From Malacoraja senta (Eukaryota): DNA of 64,000 bases. This document shows positions 11,801-24,879 of this stretch, piece by piece; positions within the stretch are counted from its first letter, which is position 1, and every line of letters begins with the position of its first letter. The position numbers and the translations under genes are program-made. The notes under the pieces were generated by a model. It searched no databases. It saw only the letters and a list, made by a program, of their open reading frames with translations, and was not told the DNA's origin. The stretch lies in the NCBI GenBank assembly GCA_038087875.1, contig CM075997.1, forward strand, positions 5,458,001 through 5,522,000. Direction: 5' to 3'.

Positions 11801-12854
11801 TGTAGGGGTTTAGTTCCCTTTGCTCCACTTCGGGCCCAACTGCCCGAGTGATTCTCTCCCTTGTCGGTGGGTCAAACGGCCACCACTCCACTCGAGCGGT
11901 TCCCAAGAGAGAATACAAAAAAAGGGGTTCCCCTGGGTTATAGATCTCGGAATTATGGTGGGATATGATAAAAGGTTGACTTGACCAGAGCGTGCTGATG
12001 AGAGAAAAAAGAAACCAAGACGGACTCAAAGCAAGTCTAAAATTTACAGGTTTTATTGAACAAATGAGAAATCAAATCTCACTAACTCTACATAATACGT
12101 GACTAAACTTATGCTTTAAACTAAGACTATGGAAAGAAAATTATCGGGCATGTCGTAAAAACTTACTTTACACAATTTTACAAATACACCCCCTTTCCCC
12201 TTCTTCTCTCAACGTCTATCCTATTTCGGGAACTTCACCAGGTCGTCTGAGGTACTTACAGCTTGATCGATGCAGGGTCAGGAGTCGTCCAACAGAGCAG
12301 AAAACGAGAGCGAGCTCTTGCTTGCCAGTCCCTTTTATACCCAAGTTTCTCCCTTGAAACCTCCCAGGTGATCCTCTGGACAAAAGGGTCTTTCGATGAT
12401 TCCAGTTTCGATCAGGCATGAACAATAGGCTTCCGATGATAATGGGTTTGGTGATGTCACGATGCCTCAGCCTGATCGTTATCACATCACCTGGATGGGC
12501 TCCCATTGTCCTGATGGATGGGCCATTTACGATGGTGATTGTCTTGCTGCTGGGCTATTTACCCCCGTCTGCTGGGCTCGGTACCTTCCTTTGTCTTTCC
12601 AAAATAATCTCGTTATCTCCGTCCCGGCCTTTCCTGTTCTCACCATTCAGCATAGTCATGTGGCTGCCCAGGCCCACAAACAGGCTTTGAACTTGTGATC
12701 CCTTGGGAGAGGGGGGTTTCCTTTTGCAGCCAGCATGTCTGTTTTAAAATGTCCAGGTCCATATCCCCGAGTTCTTCCATAATCTTTTGGAGGATTTCCC
12801 CCAATAACTTACAAACCAAATGAACACATTGGCGATGTATCATTGTCCTTCTCA
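11801..12854 (-). mobile_element. Solo LTR-like element (ERV or LTR retrotransposon)
   Basis: TG...CA termini; minus-strand TATAAAA at 12333-12339 and AATAAA at 12052-12057; no convincing ORF; TSD not recognisable. Confidence 0.6.
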
Positions 12855-13341
12855 TGAAGAAGGCGAAAGCAATGCTAGCATTTATTTAGAGAGGCCGACA
12901 ATACAAAACAGGGATGTAATGCTGAGACTCTATAAGGTGCTGGTCAGGCCGCATTTGGAGAACTGTGAGCAATTTTAACCCCCATATCTGAGGAAGGATG
13001 TGCCGGCTCTGGAGAGGGTCCAGAGGAGGTTTCCGAGAATTATCCCAGGAATGTTTGGGTTAACATACGATGAGCGTTTGACGGCACTGGGCCTGTACTC
13101 GTTGGAGTTTAGAAGGTTGAGGGGGAACCTCATTTGAAACTTACCGAATAGTAAAAGGCCTGGACAGAGTGGATGTGGAGAGGATGTTTCCACTAGTGGG
13201 AGAGTCTAGGACCAGAAGCCATAGCCTCAGAATAAAAGGTTGTACCTTTAGAAAGGAGATGAGAAGGAATTTCTTTAGTCAGATGGTGGTGAATCTGTGG
13301 AATTCATTGCCACAGAAGGCTGTGGAGGCCAAGTCAATGGA
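12855..13341 (+). mobile_element. CR1 LINE 3' fragment, cut by the assembly gap
   Basis: RMFPLVGESRTR...VVNLWNSLP. Confidence 0.9.
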
Positions 13342-13541
13342 NNNNNNNNNNNNNNNNNNNNNNNNNNNNNNNNNNNNNNNNNNNNNNNNNNNNNNNNNNN
13401 NNNNNNNNNNNNNNNNNNNNNNNNNNNNNNNNNNNNNNNNNNNNNNNNNNNNNNNNNNNNNNNNNNNNNNNNNNNNNNNNNNNNNNNNNNNNNNNNNNNN
13501 NNNNNNNNNNNNNNNNNNNNNNNNNNNNNNNNNNNNNNNNN
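13342..13541. other. Assembly gap (200 N)
   Basis: Run of N. Confidence 1.
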
Positions 13542-14905
13542 GAGAGCGGGTGTGGGGGAGGGGGGAGGGAAGGGGCAGGGAGGGGGAGAGAGAGTGAGGG
13601 GTGGGATAAGGGGGAGAGAAGTGGAAGAGTCGGGATGGAGGGGGTAGGGGAGTGGTGGATGAAGGACAGAGTGGTAGGGGGAAGGGGGCGGGGGGAGAGA
13701 GGGAAGGGAGACGGGAGGAGAGAGGGATGGGGAGGGGGTGAGAGGTGTGGGGGAGGGGGGGAGGGATGGGGGAGAGAGGGGATTAGGGAGATGGATTAGG
13801 GAAGGGAGGGAGTAGAGTGTGAAGGGAGGGGGAAGAGTGTGGAGGGAGAAGGGGGGTGGGTGAGAGGGGGATGGGGGTGGGAGGAGGTGGGGAGGAGAGG
13901 GAGAGAGGTGAGGAGAGGGAGATGGAGAGGGGGAGGAGAGAGGGGTGGGGGACGGGAGGAGAGAGGGATGGGGAGGGGGAGAGGTGTGGGGAGGGGGAGG
14001 AGCGAGATGGGGTAGGGGAGGGAGGGAGAAGAGTGTGGAGAGAGGGGGAGAGGGGTGGGGGAGAGAGTGGAAAGAGTGGGGAGGGAGAGTGGGAGGGGAG
14101 GGGGTAGAGAAGTGGAAGAGTGGGGAGGGATGGGAGGGGAGGGGGAAGGGGGATTGGTGGAAGAGGGACAGGGGGAGTGGTGGAAGAGGGACAGAGGGGT
14201 AGGGGGAAGGGGGCGGGGGAGAGAGGGAAGGGGGTGGGGTAGAGAGGGAAGGGGTGGGGGAGAGGGGGATGGGGGTGGGGGGAAGAGGGTGATGAGAGGG
14301 AGAGGGGTGAGGAGCGGGAGATGGAGAGGGAGATGGAGAGGGGGAGGAGAGAGGGGTGGGGGAGGGGAGGAGAGAGGGGAGGGAGAGAGAGGTGTGGGGG
14401 AGGGGGAGGCAGGTGAGGAGGGAGATGGAGTAGGGGGTAGAGGGGGAAGAGTGTGGATGGAGGGGGAAGAGTGGGGAGGGGGAAGGGGGTGGGGGAGAGA
14501 GGGAAGGGGGTGGGGAGGGAAGGGGGTGGGGGAGGGGAGGGAAGGGGGTGGGGGGAGGGAAGGGGGGTTGGGGAGAGAGGGAAGGGGTGGGGGAGGGAAG
14601 GGTGTGGGGGAGGGAAGGGGGGAGAGGGAAGGGGGGTGGGGGAGAGATGGATGGGGTGTGAGAAGGAGGGGGAGGAGAGGGAGATGGTGAGGAGAGGGAG
14701 ATGGAGAGGGGAGGAGAGAGGGATGGGGAGGGTGAGAGAGGGATGTGGGAGGGAGAGAGGTGTGGGGGAGGGATGGGGGAGGGAGGGGAGGAGGGAGATG
14801 TGTTAGGGGAGGGAGGGGGAAGAATGTGGAGGGAGGGGGAGAGGGGTGGGGTGGGGGGAGAGAGGGGAAATAGTGGGGAGGAGAGTGGAAGGGGGAGGGG
14901 TAGGG
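13542..14905. repeat. G/A-rich low-complexity tract with G-quadruplex/H-DNA potential
   Basis: About 1.36 kb of G-runs separated mostly by A/T. Confidence 0.9.
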
Positions 14906-15530
<625 letters not shown>

Positions 15531-17054
15531 AAGATATATATATATATACTGTATATGATCTGTATTTATTTTTTTGAGTATGTGTGTATATACACACTGA
15601 ACTTTTTTTCTTTCTCGTTTATTATATATTTTACAGTGTACTATGTTCACATATTCTGTTGTGCTGTTGCAAGTAAGAATTTCTTTGTTCTATCTGGGAC
15701 ATATGACAATAAAACACTCCTGACTTGTGTAGGAAGGAACTGCAGATGCTGGATTGAATCGAAGATAGACACAAAATGCTGGAGTATGTCAGCGGAACAG
15801 GCAGCATCTCTGGAGAGAAGGAATGGGTGACGTTTCGGGACAGGGTGACGTTACCTGTCCCGCTTAGTTACGCCAGCATTTTGTGTCTACTCTTGACTCT
15901 CTTGACAAGGTCTTGAGGAGTCGCTTCAAAGATCTTGGAGAGAGAGTTCAAGAGAGTAAGAGCAGAATGATTCACTGCTCCGGAGAGTAGGATGGGAGGT
16001 GGTGGTGAGGAGGCAGGGAATGTTTTAAGCTGGGGTATGGATTCTGACTGATTTATATATGACACCTTCTTCTAGTAATGCATTTAATTAATTAAAATTA
16101 CATTTCACATAATGTCTTTTTTTTTGCAGTCTCTTTTCTTTTAGAATTTTATGCATAATTTATGTATGAGTCAAAGATCCAGAGAGTCATTTCACACAGA
16201 TTGTGGTGGGTGTATGGAACGAGCTGCCAGAGGGGGCCAGTGAGGCAGGTACAATAACAACATGTAAAAGAGTTTGTACATATGCATAGGAAAGGTTTAA
16301 AGGAATATGGGCCAAACACGGGTAAATAGGACAAGCTTAGATTAAAAAACATTTGGACAGAGGTATGAATATTGATTTCTCTCACTTCAGGTAGCCCCGG
16401 CATTCCCTCTCACTCTATCCCTCCCCCACCCAAGTCGCACCAGCTTCTTGTTTTCACCCAACAAACAGCTAACAATGGCCTGTTTCCTTTATCATCGTTA
16501 TGTTTTTGCATATCTTTCAATAGACAATAGACAATAGACAATAGGTGCAGGAGTAGGCCATTCGGCCCTTTGAGCCAGCACCACCATTCAATGTGATTAT
16601 GGCTGATCATCCCCAATCAGTACCCCGTTCCTGCCTTCTCCCCATATCCCCTGACTCCACTATCTTACAGAGCCCTATCTAGCTCTCTCTTGAAAGTATC
16701 CAGAGAACCAGCCTCCACCGCCCTCTTTCATTCATCGTTCTTTATCTCTCCATATCACCGTCTATATCTCTCGTTTCCCTTAAACCTAACCAGTCTGAAG
16801 AAGGGTCTCGACTCGAAACGTCACCCATTCCTTCTCTCCAGAGATGCTGCCTGTCCTGCTGAGTTACTCCAGCTTTTTATGTCTATCTTCCATATGCATA
16901 AGAAGGTTTGTAGCAGGATATGAGCCAAATACAGAAAAATTGGACGAGCCTAGAATTCTAACTTGGGTTGGCAAGGATGAGTTGGGCTGAAGGGCCTGTT
17001 TCCGTGCTTTGTGACGTTATAACCAGGTCCTGAAGGTTTCGTTGTTCCTCTTGA

Positions 17055-17565
17055 AGGGCCTGTCCCACTTGGGTGACCTAATCCGCGAGTTCTGGCGAGT
17101 TTGTCCTCGACTCATACTCACAGCATGGTCGACACGAGGTCGTAGGAGGTCTTCGTAACTCTCCTTCATGCTCGAGAGTGGTCTCCGCGTACTCAAGGCC
17201 TCAGGTAGGTGGCGCCGTTTTTTCAATATGGTAAAAAAGCCCGCGAGTAACTTTTTTTACTTGTAGGTTTAGTCGTAGTAGGTCGTAGTAGGTCGTAGTA
17301 GGTCGTAGTAGGTTGGCATGTTAGTCATAGGTGATCAAGGGTAGTCGAAGGTAGTCGTAGATAGTCTTCATCATAGTCGAAGGGAGGTCGAATGGAGATT
17401 GAAGGAGGTCGTCTTCACTCTCCACTATTCGGTGTCCAATTTTCCTGAAGTTAGTCGTAGCTAGTCGAAGCTAGTCTTCAACATAGTCGAAGGAGGTCTT
17501 CAACATGTAATTTTTTCAAACACTTCTAAACTCACCAATTAGGTCACCCAAGTGGGACAGCCCCT
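17055..17565. mobile_element. PIF/Harbinger-type MITE
   Basis: TIRs AGGGCCTGTCCCACTTGGGTGACCTAAT / ATTAGGTCACCCAAGTGGGACAGCCCCT; flanks TGA/TTA. Confidence 0.8.
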
Positions 17566-17604
17566 TTACCTGACTCGCTGAGTATTCCCAACAATTGTAG
17601 TTTA

Positions 17605-18348
17605 TGCTTTCTGTCTCACGGTGTTGCGGTCATTGGCGGTGAAGCGTGGCGTCGCCGGAAGAGGGGACCGCACGGCAACCACGAGAGCGCCGCACGGATG
17701 CTGCGCGGGGGCCGAGTGATCTCCGTACGGCCGGTTCCACGAGCTTGCGGCGTCGGGTGATGACGTCATCGCGCAACACGACGCGATACGCGATGATGTC
17801 TTTCGGATCACGGGGCTGTGGCGGCGGCCGTGCCGCACACGTGCCTCACTGGCGGCGGCTGTGGCGGTGAAAGTTCGACTCACGGCGCTCGTGCCTCACT
17901 GGCGGCGGCTGTGGCGGTGAAAGTTTGACTCACGGCGCTCGTGCCACACTGGCGGAGGCTGTGGCGGTGACCGTGCCGTACTCGTGCCTCGCTGGCGGCG
18001 GCTGTGGCGGTGAAAGTTCGACTCACGGCGCTCGTGCCTCACTGGCGGAGGCTGTGGCGGTGACCGTGCCGCGCTCGTGCCACACTGGCGGCGGCTGTGG
18101 CGGTGAAAGTTCAACTCACGGCGCTCGTGCCACACTGGCGGAGGCTGTGGCGGTGACCGTGCCGCACTCGTGCCTCACTGGCGGCGGCCGTGCGGTAAGA
18201 AATTATTTTTAGACATTGTTGACTTTTTGTGAGCACCGTACGGTGTTGGGACCAACGCCGCACGGCCTCGGCAGTGTGCGTTTGACCGAACCCGCGGTCT
18301 CTGGCGGTCCACGAGCGCCAATGACCGCAGATTCGTGAGACAGGCCTT
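17605..18348. mobile_element. CpG-rich MITE with an internal 50/43-bp tandem array
   Basis: Terminal inverted match CTGTCTCACG..TGCGGTCATTGGCG; array at about 17847-18190. Confidence 0.7.
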
Positions 18349-18438
18349 TTATTAGATTTCCAGCAAATCGTGGTTTTTTTGTGTTTTCTTTCACTAACAG
18401 TGTTACTAAATGTAGCCTTTAGGCATCGGAATAATATA

Positions 18439-18993
18439 TATATATTTTTTTTAATTTTTATTTATTAGAAGTACATTACATTACAACCACATACATTAAT
18501 ACTCGTCATTTATATCTTCTTACAATTAATGTACTCCCTTTATTTATTTTTTTACACTAGAAAAAGAAAAGATTGAAAGAAAGAAGAAAGTGAAGGAAAA
18601 AGTGCAAGTGTAGAAAAGTGTAGAAAATGTAACAACAAAAAAGGACGAAGACCCTATAAGAGCGAAATTAAAAACAAAAAGAAAAATAGTTAAGAAATAG
18701 GCCCTAAGAAAAGAAAAGAGAAAGAGAAAAAAAGAGAAACAAATGTTTTTTTTGAGCATCACGTAAATAGGACATACCAACTCTTCAACTATCCCCCCTT
18801 ACCTGACCTCAATTTTTTATTTTTTTAAAGTACTTTTGCACCCTATGTTTGTAATAATTCTATAAATGCAGACCACGTCAGGTGGAAGTGATCTGGTTTA
18901 CCTGCTAGGAGGAGTCTTATCTCTTCTAGGTGTAATGTTTCAAACATATTTGAAATCCACATATTTATAGTTGGTATTGGAGCCTTCTTCCAA
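18439..18993 (-). mobile_element. 5'-truncated L1 (fish-type ORF2 C-terminus, 3' UTR and A-tail)
   Basis: WKKAPIPTINMWISNMFETLHLEEIRL...TWSAFIELLQT*; 14-bp TSD ATCGGAATAATATA at 18425-18438 and 18994-19007. Confidence 0.8.
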
Positions 18994-20919
18994 ATCGGAA
19001 TAATATAAACCTAGGTTTTTTTGCCAAGGAGATTCTGGTTCCAAAGAGACAGACACTTTAACCTCACACCTGCCAGCTGTGGCTCAGATAGCATCACCCA
19101 CCCTCCCCAATCCATTGTTTATGTGGTCAGCCCACTCAACAGATACAGCAGTGTGTACCATCCATCTGACACTTAGCTGAACCCAGGGAGTGCTGGATTG
19201 TTGGGTTTACTATCTTTTAGATCAGGCTCTGTCTGCCTCACTATGGTGTGAAGAAGCTTCCAAATCCGAAACATTGCCTGTCCATGTTCTCCTGAGATAC
19301 TGCCTGACCAGCTGAGTTACTTCACCCGAAGAAAGACACAAAATGGTGGACTAACTCGGCGGGACTGGCAGCAACACTGGAGAGAAGGAATGGGTGACGT
19401 CACCCATTCCTTCTATCATAGAAACATAGAAAATAGGTGCAGGAATGGCCATTCAGCCCTTTGAGCCAGCACCGACATTCAATATGATCATGGCTGATCA
19501 TCCAGAATCAGTACCCTGTTTCTGCTTTCTCCCCATATCCCTTGATTCCGTTAGCCCTAAGAGCTATATCTAACTTGAATACATCCAGTGAATTGGCCTC
19601 CACTGCCTTCCTTCTGTGGCAGAGAATTCCACAAACTAAACTAAAAAAGAAACAGAAAGGCAAAGTTTCAGGTTGGGAGCCTTCGTCAGCATCTGAAGAA
19701 GGATCCCAACCTGAAATGTCACCGATACACTTCCTCCACAGATGCTGCCTGACCCGTCAGGTTACTCCAATTAGGACATCATGTTACAGCTGAACAAGGC
19801 TTTGGTAACTCGGAGCAGTTCTGGGCACTCAGCTATTGGAAGGATGTCGATAATCTGGGAAAGATGCAATAAGTTAGACACAAAATGCTGGAGTAACTCA
19901 TCTCAGGTAGCATCTCTGGGTAGAAGGAATGGGGGTTCCCTGACCAGTCTGGCTGTCCTCCTGATTACATTTTATCTTTGTATGCTTCGTTGTCACCTTC
20001 CCCTATATAACAATGATCCATTCTACATTTTCCTTGACCTCATCCTCTTTGATGTCTTGTTTTCACACCTTACCCTTCCATATCTCTGTGCCTCCCTCTC
20101 CCCTGACTCTCAGTCTGAAGAAAGGTCTTGACCCGAAATGTCACCCATTCCTTCTATCCAGAGATGCTGCCTGTCCCGCTGAGTTACTCCAGCATTTTGT
20201 GGTTTTCAATGTAAACCGGCATCTGCAGTTCCTTCCTACAGAATGCAATAAAGGTTTACAAGGATGTAATGGGAGAGGAGGGCTTGAGTTATAAGGAGAG
20301 GATGGGAAGCCAAGGTCTTTTTCACTAGAGGGTAGGAGGGTAGTCTTAGAGAGGTTTATACGACCATGAGGGACACAGATGAGGCAAGTATATCTATTCT
20401 TCGGTAGGAGTAATAAAACATTACATAAATCCCTAGATGTTATAATGGGATCAAGACATCTTTACTCTTCTCCTCAAATCCTCGCAATAATAGTCCATAT
20501 ATTGAAGATAGACACAAAAGGCTGGAGTAACTCAGCGGGTCAGACAGCATCTCTGGAGAAAAGGAATAGGTGACGTTTCAGCTTGAGACCCTTCTTCAGA
20601 CTGGTCAAAATATTATGTGATGGAAGGAAATGGCCATCAAGTCTACTCCGCCATTCAATCCTGGCTGATCTACCTCTCCATCCTAACCCCATTCTCCTGC
20701 CTTCTCCCCATAACCCCTCACACCCGTACAACTGACTTTAAGAAGCACTTGGACAAGTACATGGGCAGGAACAATTTAGAGAGATATGGGTCGGAAGGGA
20801 CTGCAGATGCTGGTTTAAACCGAAAATAGACACAAAAAGCTGGAGCATCTCTGGAGAGAAGGAATGGGTGACGTTTCGGGTCAAGACCCTTCCTCAGACT
20901 GCTAAGGAGTCTCCCTAAG

Positions 20920-21196
20920 GCAGCACGGTGGCACAGCGGTAGAGCTGCTGCCTTACAGCGATCGCAGCGCCAGAGACCCGGGTTCGATCCCAACTACGGG
21001 TGCTGTCTGTACGGAGTTTGTACATTCTCCCCGTGACCTGCGTGGGGTATTCTCCGGGATCTTCGGTTTCCTCCCACACTACAAAGACGTACAGGCTTGG
21101 TAAATGTAAAACATTGTCCCTAGTGTGTGTAGGATAGTGTTAATATGCGGGGATCGCTGGTCAGCGCGGACCTGGTTTCCGCGCTGTATATAAACT
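20920..21196 (+). mobile_element. HE1-type V-SINE
   Basis: A and B boxes, V-domain, tail. Confidence 0.85.
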
Positions 21197-21478
21197 ATGT
21201 GAATTGGCCTCCACTGCCTTCTGTGGTGGAGAATTCCACAGATTCACAACTCTCTGGGTGGAATGTCTTTGTCTTTTTTGTCTTTGTTTGATAAACAAGA
21301 GTGTGGTCACTGATTGGACTTATCTCGTCATGTTCAAGTGTGGAACAGGCACGGATATCTTCCCACATCTTTTGTCGCGGCGGCCAGGAATAAATCTCTT
21401 CCTTGTGTGCTGACCTCCCAGTGTTAAATTATGCAGTATGGTTATGAGAAAGATTAAAACAAAAAGAGTAAATCTTAC

Positions 21479-21490
21479 TTCGCCAGGAAC
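21479..21490 (-). CDS. Candidate 12-nt microexon (GTTCCTGGCGAA)
   Basis: gctaat branch-like motif, ttgcAG ... GTaaga; frame-preserving; lies in unique sequence. Confidence 0.3.
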
Positions 21491-22289
21491 CTGCAAGTCC
21501 CAATATTAGCACATGGAACAACTTAGTTCAGGAACAGGCCCTTCTGCCCATCATGCCTGTGCTGACCATGCTGCCAATTAAACTGCACATTTTGCTGCCA
21601 GTTTATGTGCCTGTCTAAATGCCTCTTAAACAGTGTTGTGATGTCTGCTTCCACCACTTCGCCTTCCAGGCACCTCTCTGTGTAATAAATTGCCTCGCAC
21701 ATCTCATTTAAACTTTGTCCCTCTCAACTGAAAGTTATGCCCCTGAGGATTTGAGAAGTCCACTTTGGGTAAGAGGTTCTGAGCCGATCTGTGCCTTGTT
21801 CTCCCCTTCCCCTCAGCTAACAATGATCTACATTTTCCTTCAGCTTCATCCCTTTTGATCTTGTTTTCACACCTTACCCTTCCATATCTCTCGCTTCCCT
21901 CTCCCCCGACTCTCAGTCTGAAGAAGGGTCTCGACTCAAAACGTCACCCATTCCTTCTCTCCAGAGATGCCGTCTGTCCCTGTAGAATGGGTTACTCAGA
22001 ATTCTAGATATATACCTCTATCAGGCCTCCCCTCAATTTCTGCCGTGCTAGGACAACGATTCAAGGATTTTCGTCCTCTCCTAGAAACATAGAAATTAGG
22101 TGCAGGAGTAGGCCATTCGGCCCTTCGAGCCTGCACCGCCATTCAATATGATCATGGCTGATCATCCAACTCAGTATCCCGTACCTGCCTTCTCTCCATA
22201 CCCTCTGATCCCTTTAGCCACAAGGGCCACATCTAGCTCCCTCTTAAATATAGCAACTTGTAGCTACTTACATTTTAAGCTCTCCCCTT

Positions 22290-22438
22290 AAACCTATCCG
22301 GCAGGGGAGAGACCGTGATCAAAATGGCGGTTATCCCAGGACGTGGCAACCCCATTGCATTTCGGGTGTGTTGACGCCTGTGATGTCCCCAATGATGGGA
22401 CACTTAACTGCCACATTTGTGGTAGTGGGGGACTACGT
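22290..22438 (+). pseudogene. RNU1: U1 snRNA variant or pseudogene, 3'-truncated
   Basis: Collinear with U1: GGCAGGGGAGA.ACC.TGATC, CCATTGCA loop, Sm-site region ATTTGTGGTAGTGGGGGACT; lacks the 3' strand of stem-loop IV. Confidence 0.85.
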
Positions 22439-22472
22439 GAAGTTTGCATCCACATTTTATTTTTAGTTATAA

Positions 22473-22768
22473 GGTGGCGCAGTGTTACGTTTGCCTTCCA
22501 GCGCCAGACACCCAGTTTCGATCTTGACGACAGATGCTTGACTGTGCGGAGTTTGTACGTTCTCCTCGTAAGTTTTCTCCAGGAGCTCCGGTTTCCTCCC
22601 ACACTCAAAAGACGTACAGGCCTGTAGGTTAATCGGCTTAGATATAATTGCAAATTGCCCCTAGTGTGTGTAGAGTAGTGCTAATGTGCGGGGATCGCGG
22701 GTCGGCGTGGACCCGGTGGGCCGGAGGGCCTGTTTCCGCGCTGTATTTCTAAACTAAACTAAACTAAA
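22473..22768 (+). mobile_element. HE1-type V-SINE
   Basis: V-domain and (AAACT)n tail. Confidence 0.8.
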
Positions 22769-24529
22769 CCTAGATTCGGAATGGTGTTCAGCCAAATGCT
22801 GACAAACACTACCTATAAGTGTGACTTCCTTGCTGGGGGCATGGAATTGTGGAAATTACTTTTGTATTCATTAAGGATCCCCGCACATTAACACTATCCT
22901 ACACTATGGAACATTTTATATTTATACCAAGCCAATTAACGTACAAACCTATACATCTTTGGAGTGTGGGAAGAAACTGAATATCATGGAGAAAACCCAC
23001 GCGGTCACGGGGAGAACGCACAAACTCCGTACAGACAACACCCGGGACTATGGCGCTGTAAGGTAGCAACTCTGTGCTGCCCAATATTATGGCAATCTAG
23101 GTTTGGCTCTCTCCTTCGAGAGTATCTACTTGCCAGCCCATCCACTGAAAGGGTTAATAGTATGAATAAATAAGGTTCCCATCAGTGTGGGCGTCAGGAG
23201 TTATGGGGAGAAGGCAGGAGAATGGGGTTAGGAGGGAGAGATAGATCAGACATGATTGAATGGCGGAGTAGAGTTGATGGGCCGAATGGCCTAATCCTGC
23301 TTCTATCACTTATGATCTTATGTTGTTATGAACTTATGATGATCTTGTTAAGTGTAATGCAAGCACTCTTGAGTCCTGTTGGAACTGAGGGAACTAGTTT
23401 GTGCTTCACAACTTTGTGCACCAAAAAATAATTCTTTTGCATGCTTTAAAAAAAAAAATCCAATCACGCGACGTAGATAAAACAGACAGTGCTTCGAGGC
23501 TGGCCATAGAACTAATTAGGTTGAAGCAACTATGAGGCTATTAGTTATCCAAAAGCAACAATGTCGTAAGGTTATTGAAGAAGGAAGACAAGAAAGGTAA
23601 AGCCAAGCATAAATCATCAATTATCAAAGGCAACATCAAGTGCACCATCAAAATGGACATAAATGAAGCTTTGCTTTCAATTTCATAATAATAATAAGAA
23701 GATGGATTATATTGGTGCTTGGATGGATTTCAAAGAGGAAGATATGTGCTCAATATCATCCACCATCTTTGTCATCAATATTATTCCTCCAGACTGCAGA
23801 CTGTGCCACGGGAAATCAGTCTTTCTTTGGTAATGGACATTTTGAAGACATTTAAGGGGATGAATTCATGGGAACCTTATTTGTTCATTCATCAAGTTTG
23901 TCATTATCGATGAGATAAGTGAAATGAAATTCAACCAGTAATTAAAACACGATAATTAATCAAAGAGTGTATGCGTGATAACGACTCTGGGAGGAGAAGA
24001 AATACCAAGAGAAAGTCAGTGAAATAGGGAGATTTAGTTTAGTTTAGTTTATTGTCACGTGTACCGAGGTACAGTGAAAGGTTTTTGTTGCGTGCTAGCC
24101 AGCCAGTGGAAAGACAATACAAGATCACATTCTAGGCATCCGCAGTGTACAGATACATGATAAAGGGAATAAGCTTTAGAGCAAGATAAAGTCCCGTTAA
24201 GGCCGATGAAAGATAGTCCGAGGGTCTCCAATTAGGTAGATAGTAGCTCAGGACCGCTCTCTAGTTGTTGATAGGATGATTCAGTTGCCTGATCACAGTA
24301 ATACAAATTAGACTTATTGGACAAAAAAATAAATAATGTTTCTTTGGGGACAAATTGGCATTCAAGATATAGAGAGATAGCAGCAGTTATTGTCTCAGCA
24401 GATTTTATTTTTCATTACTTGATATCTGATGAAGGGTCCCGACCCAAAACAATCCTTGTTCTCCAGAGATTTTGCCTGACCTGCTGAGTTACTCCGCCAC
24501 CTTGCATCCTCAAATTCGATCATTTCATT

Positions 24530-24851
24530 TTAGTTTTAGTGTTAGGGATACAGCGCAGAAACAGGCCCTTCGGCCCACCGAGTCCGTGCCGACCAGCAAT
24601 CCCCGCACATTAACACTATCCTACACACACTCGGGACAATTTATATTTATAGAAAGCCAATACCCCCTACACACCTGTACGTCTTTGGAGTGTGGGAGGA
24701 AACTGAAGATCTCGGAGAAAACCCACGCAGGTCACGGGGAAAACGTACAAACTCCGTGCAGACGGCACCCGTAGTCGGGATCGAACCCGGGTCTCCGGCG
24801 CTGCAAGTGATGTAAGGTGGCAACTCTACCGCTGCACCTCCGTGCTGCCCC
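24530..24851 (-). mobile_element. HE1-type V-SINE
   Basis: Full-length reverse-strand copy. Confidence 0.85.
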
Positions 24852-24879
24852 TGATAGATTGATCATCTATTCTTGGACT

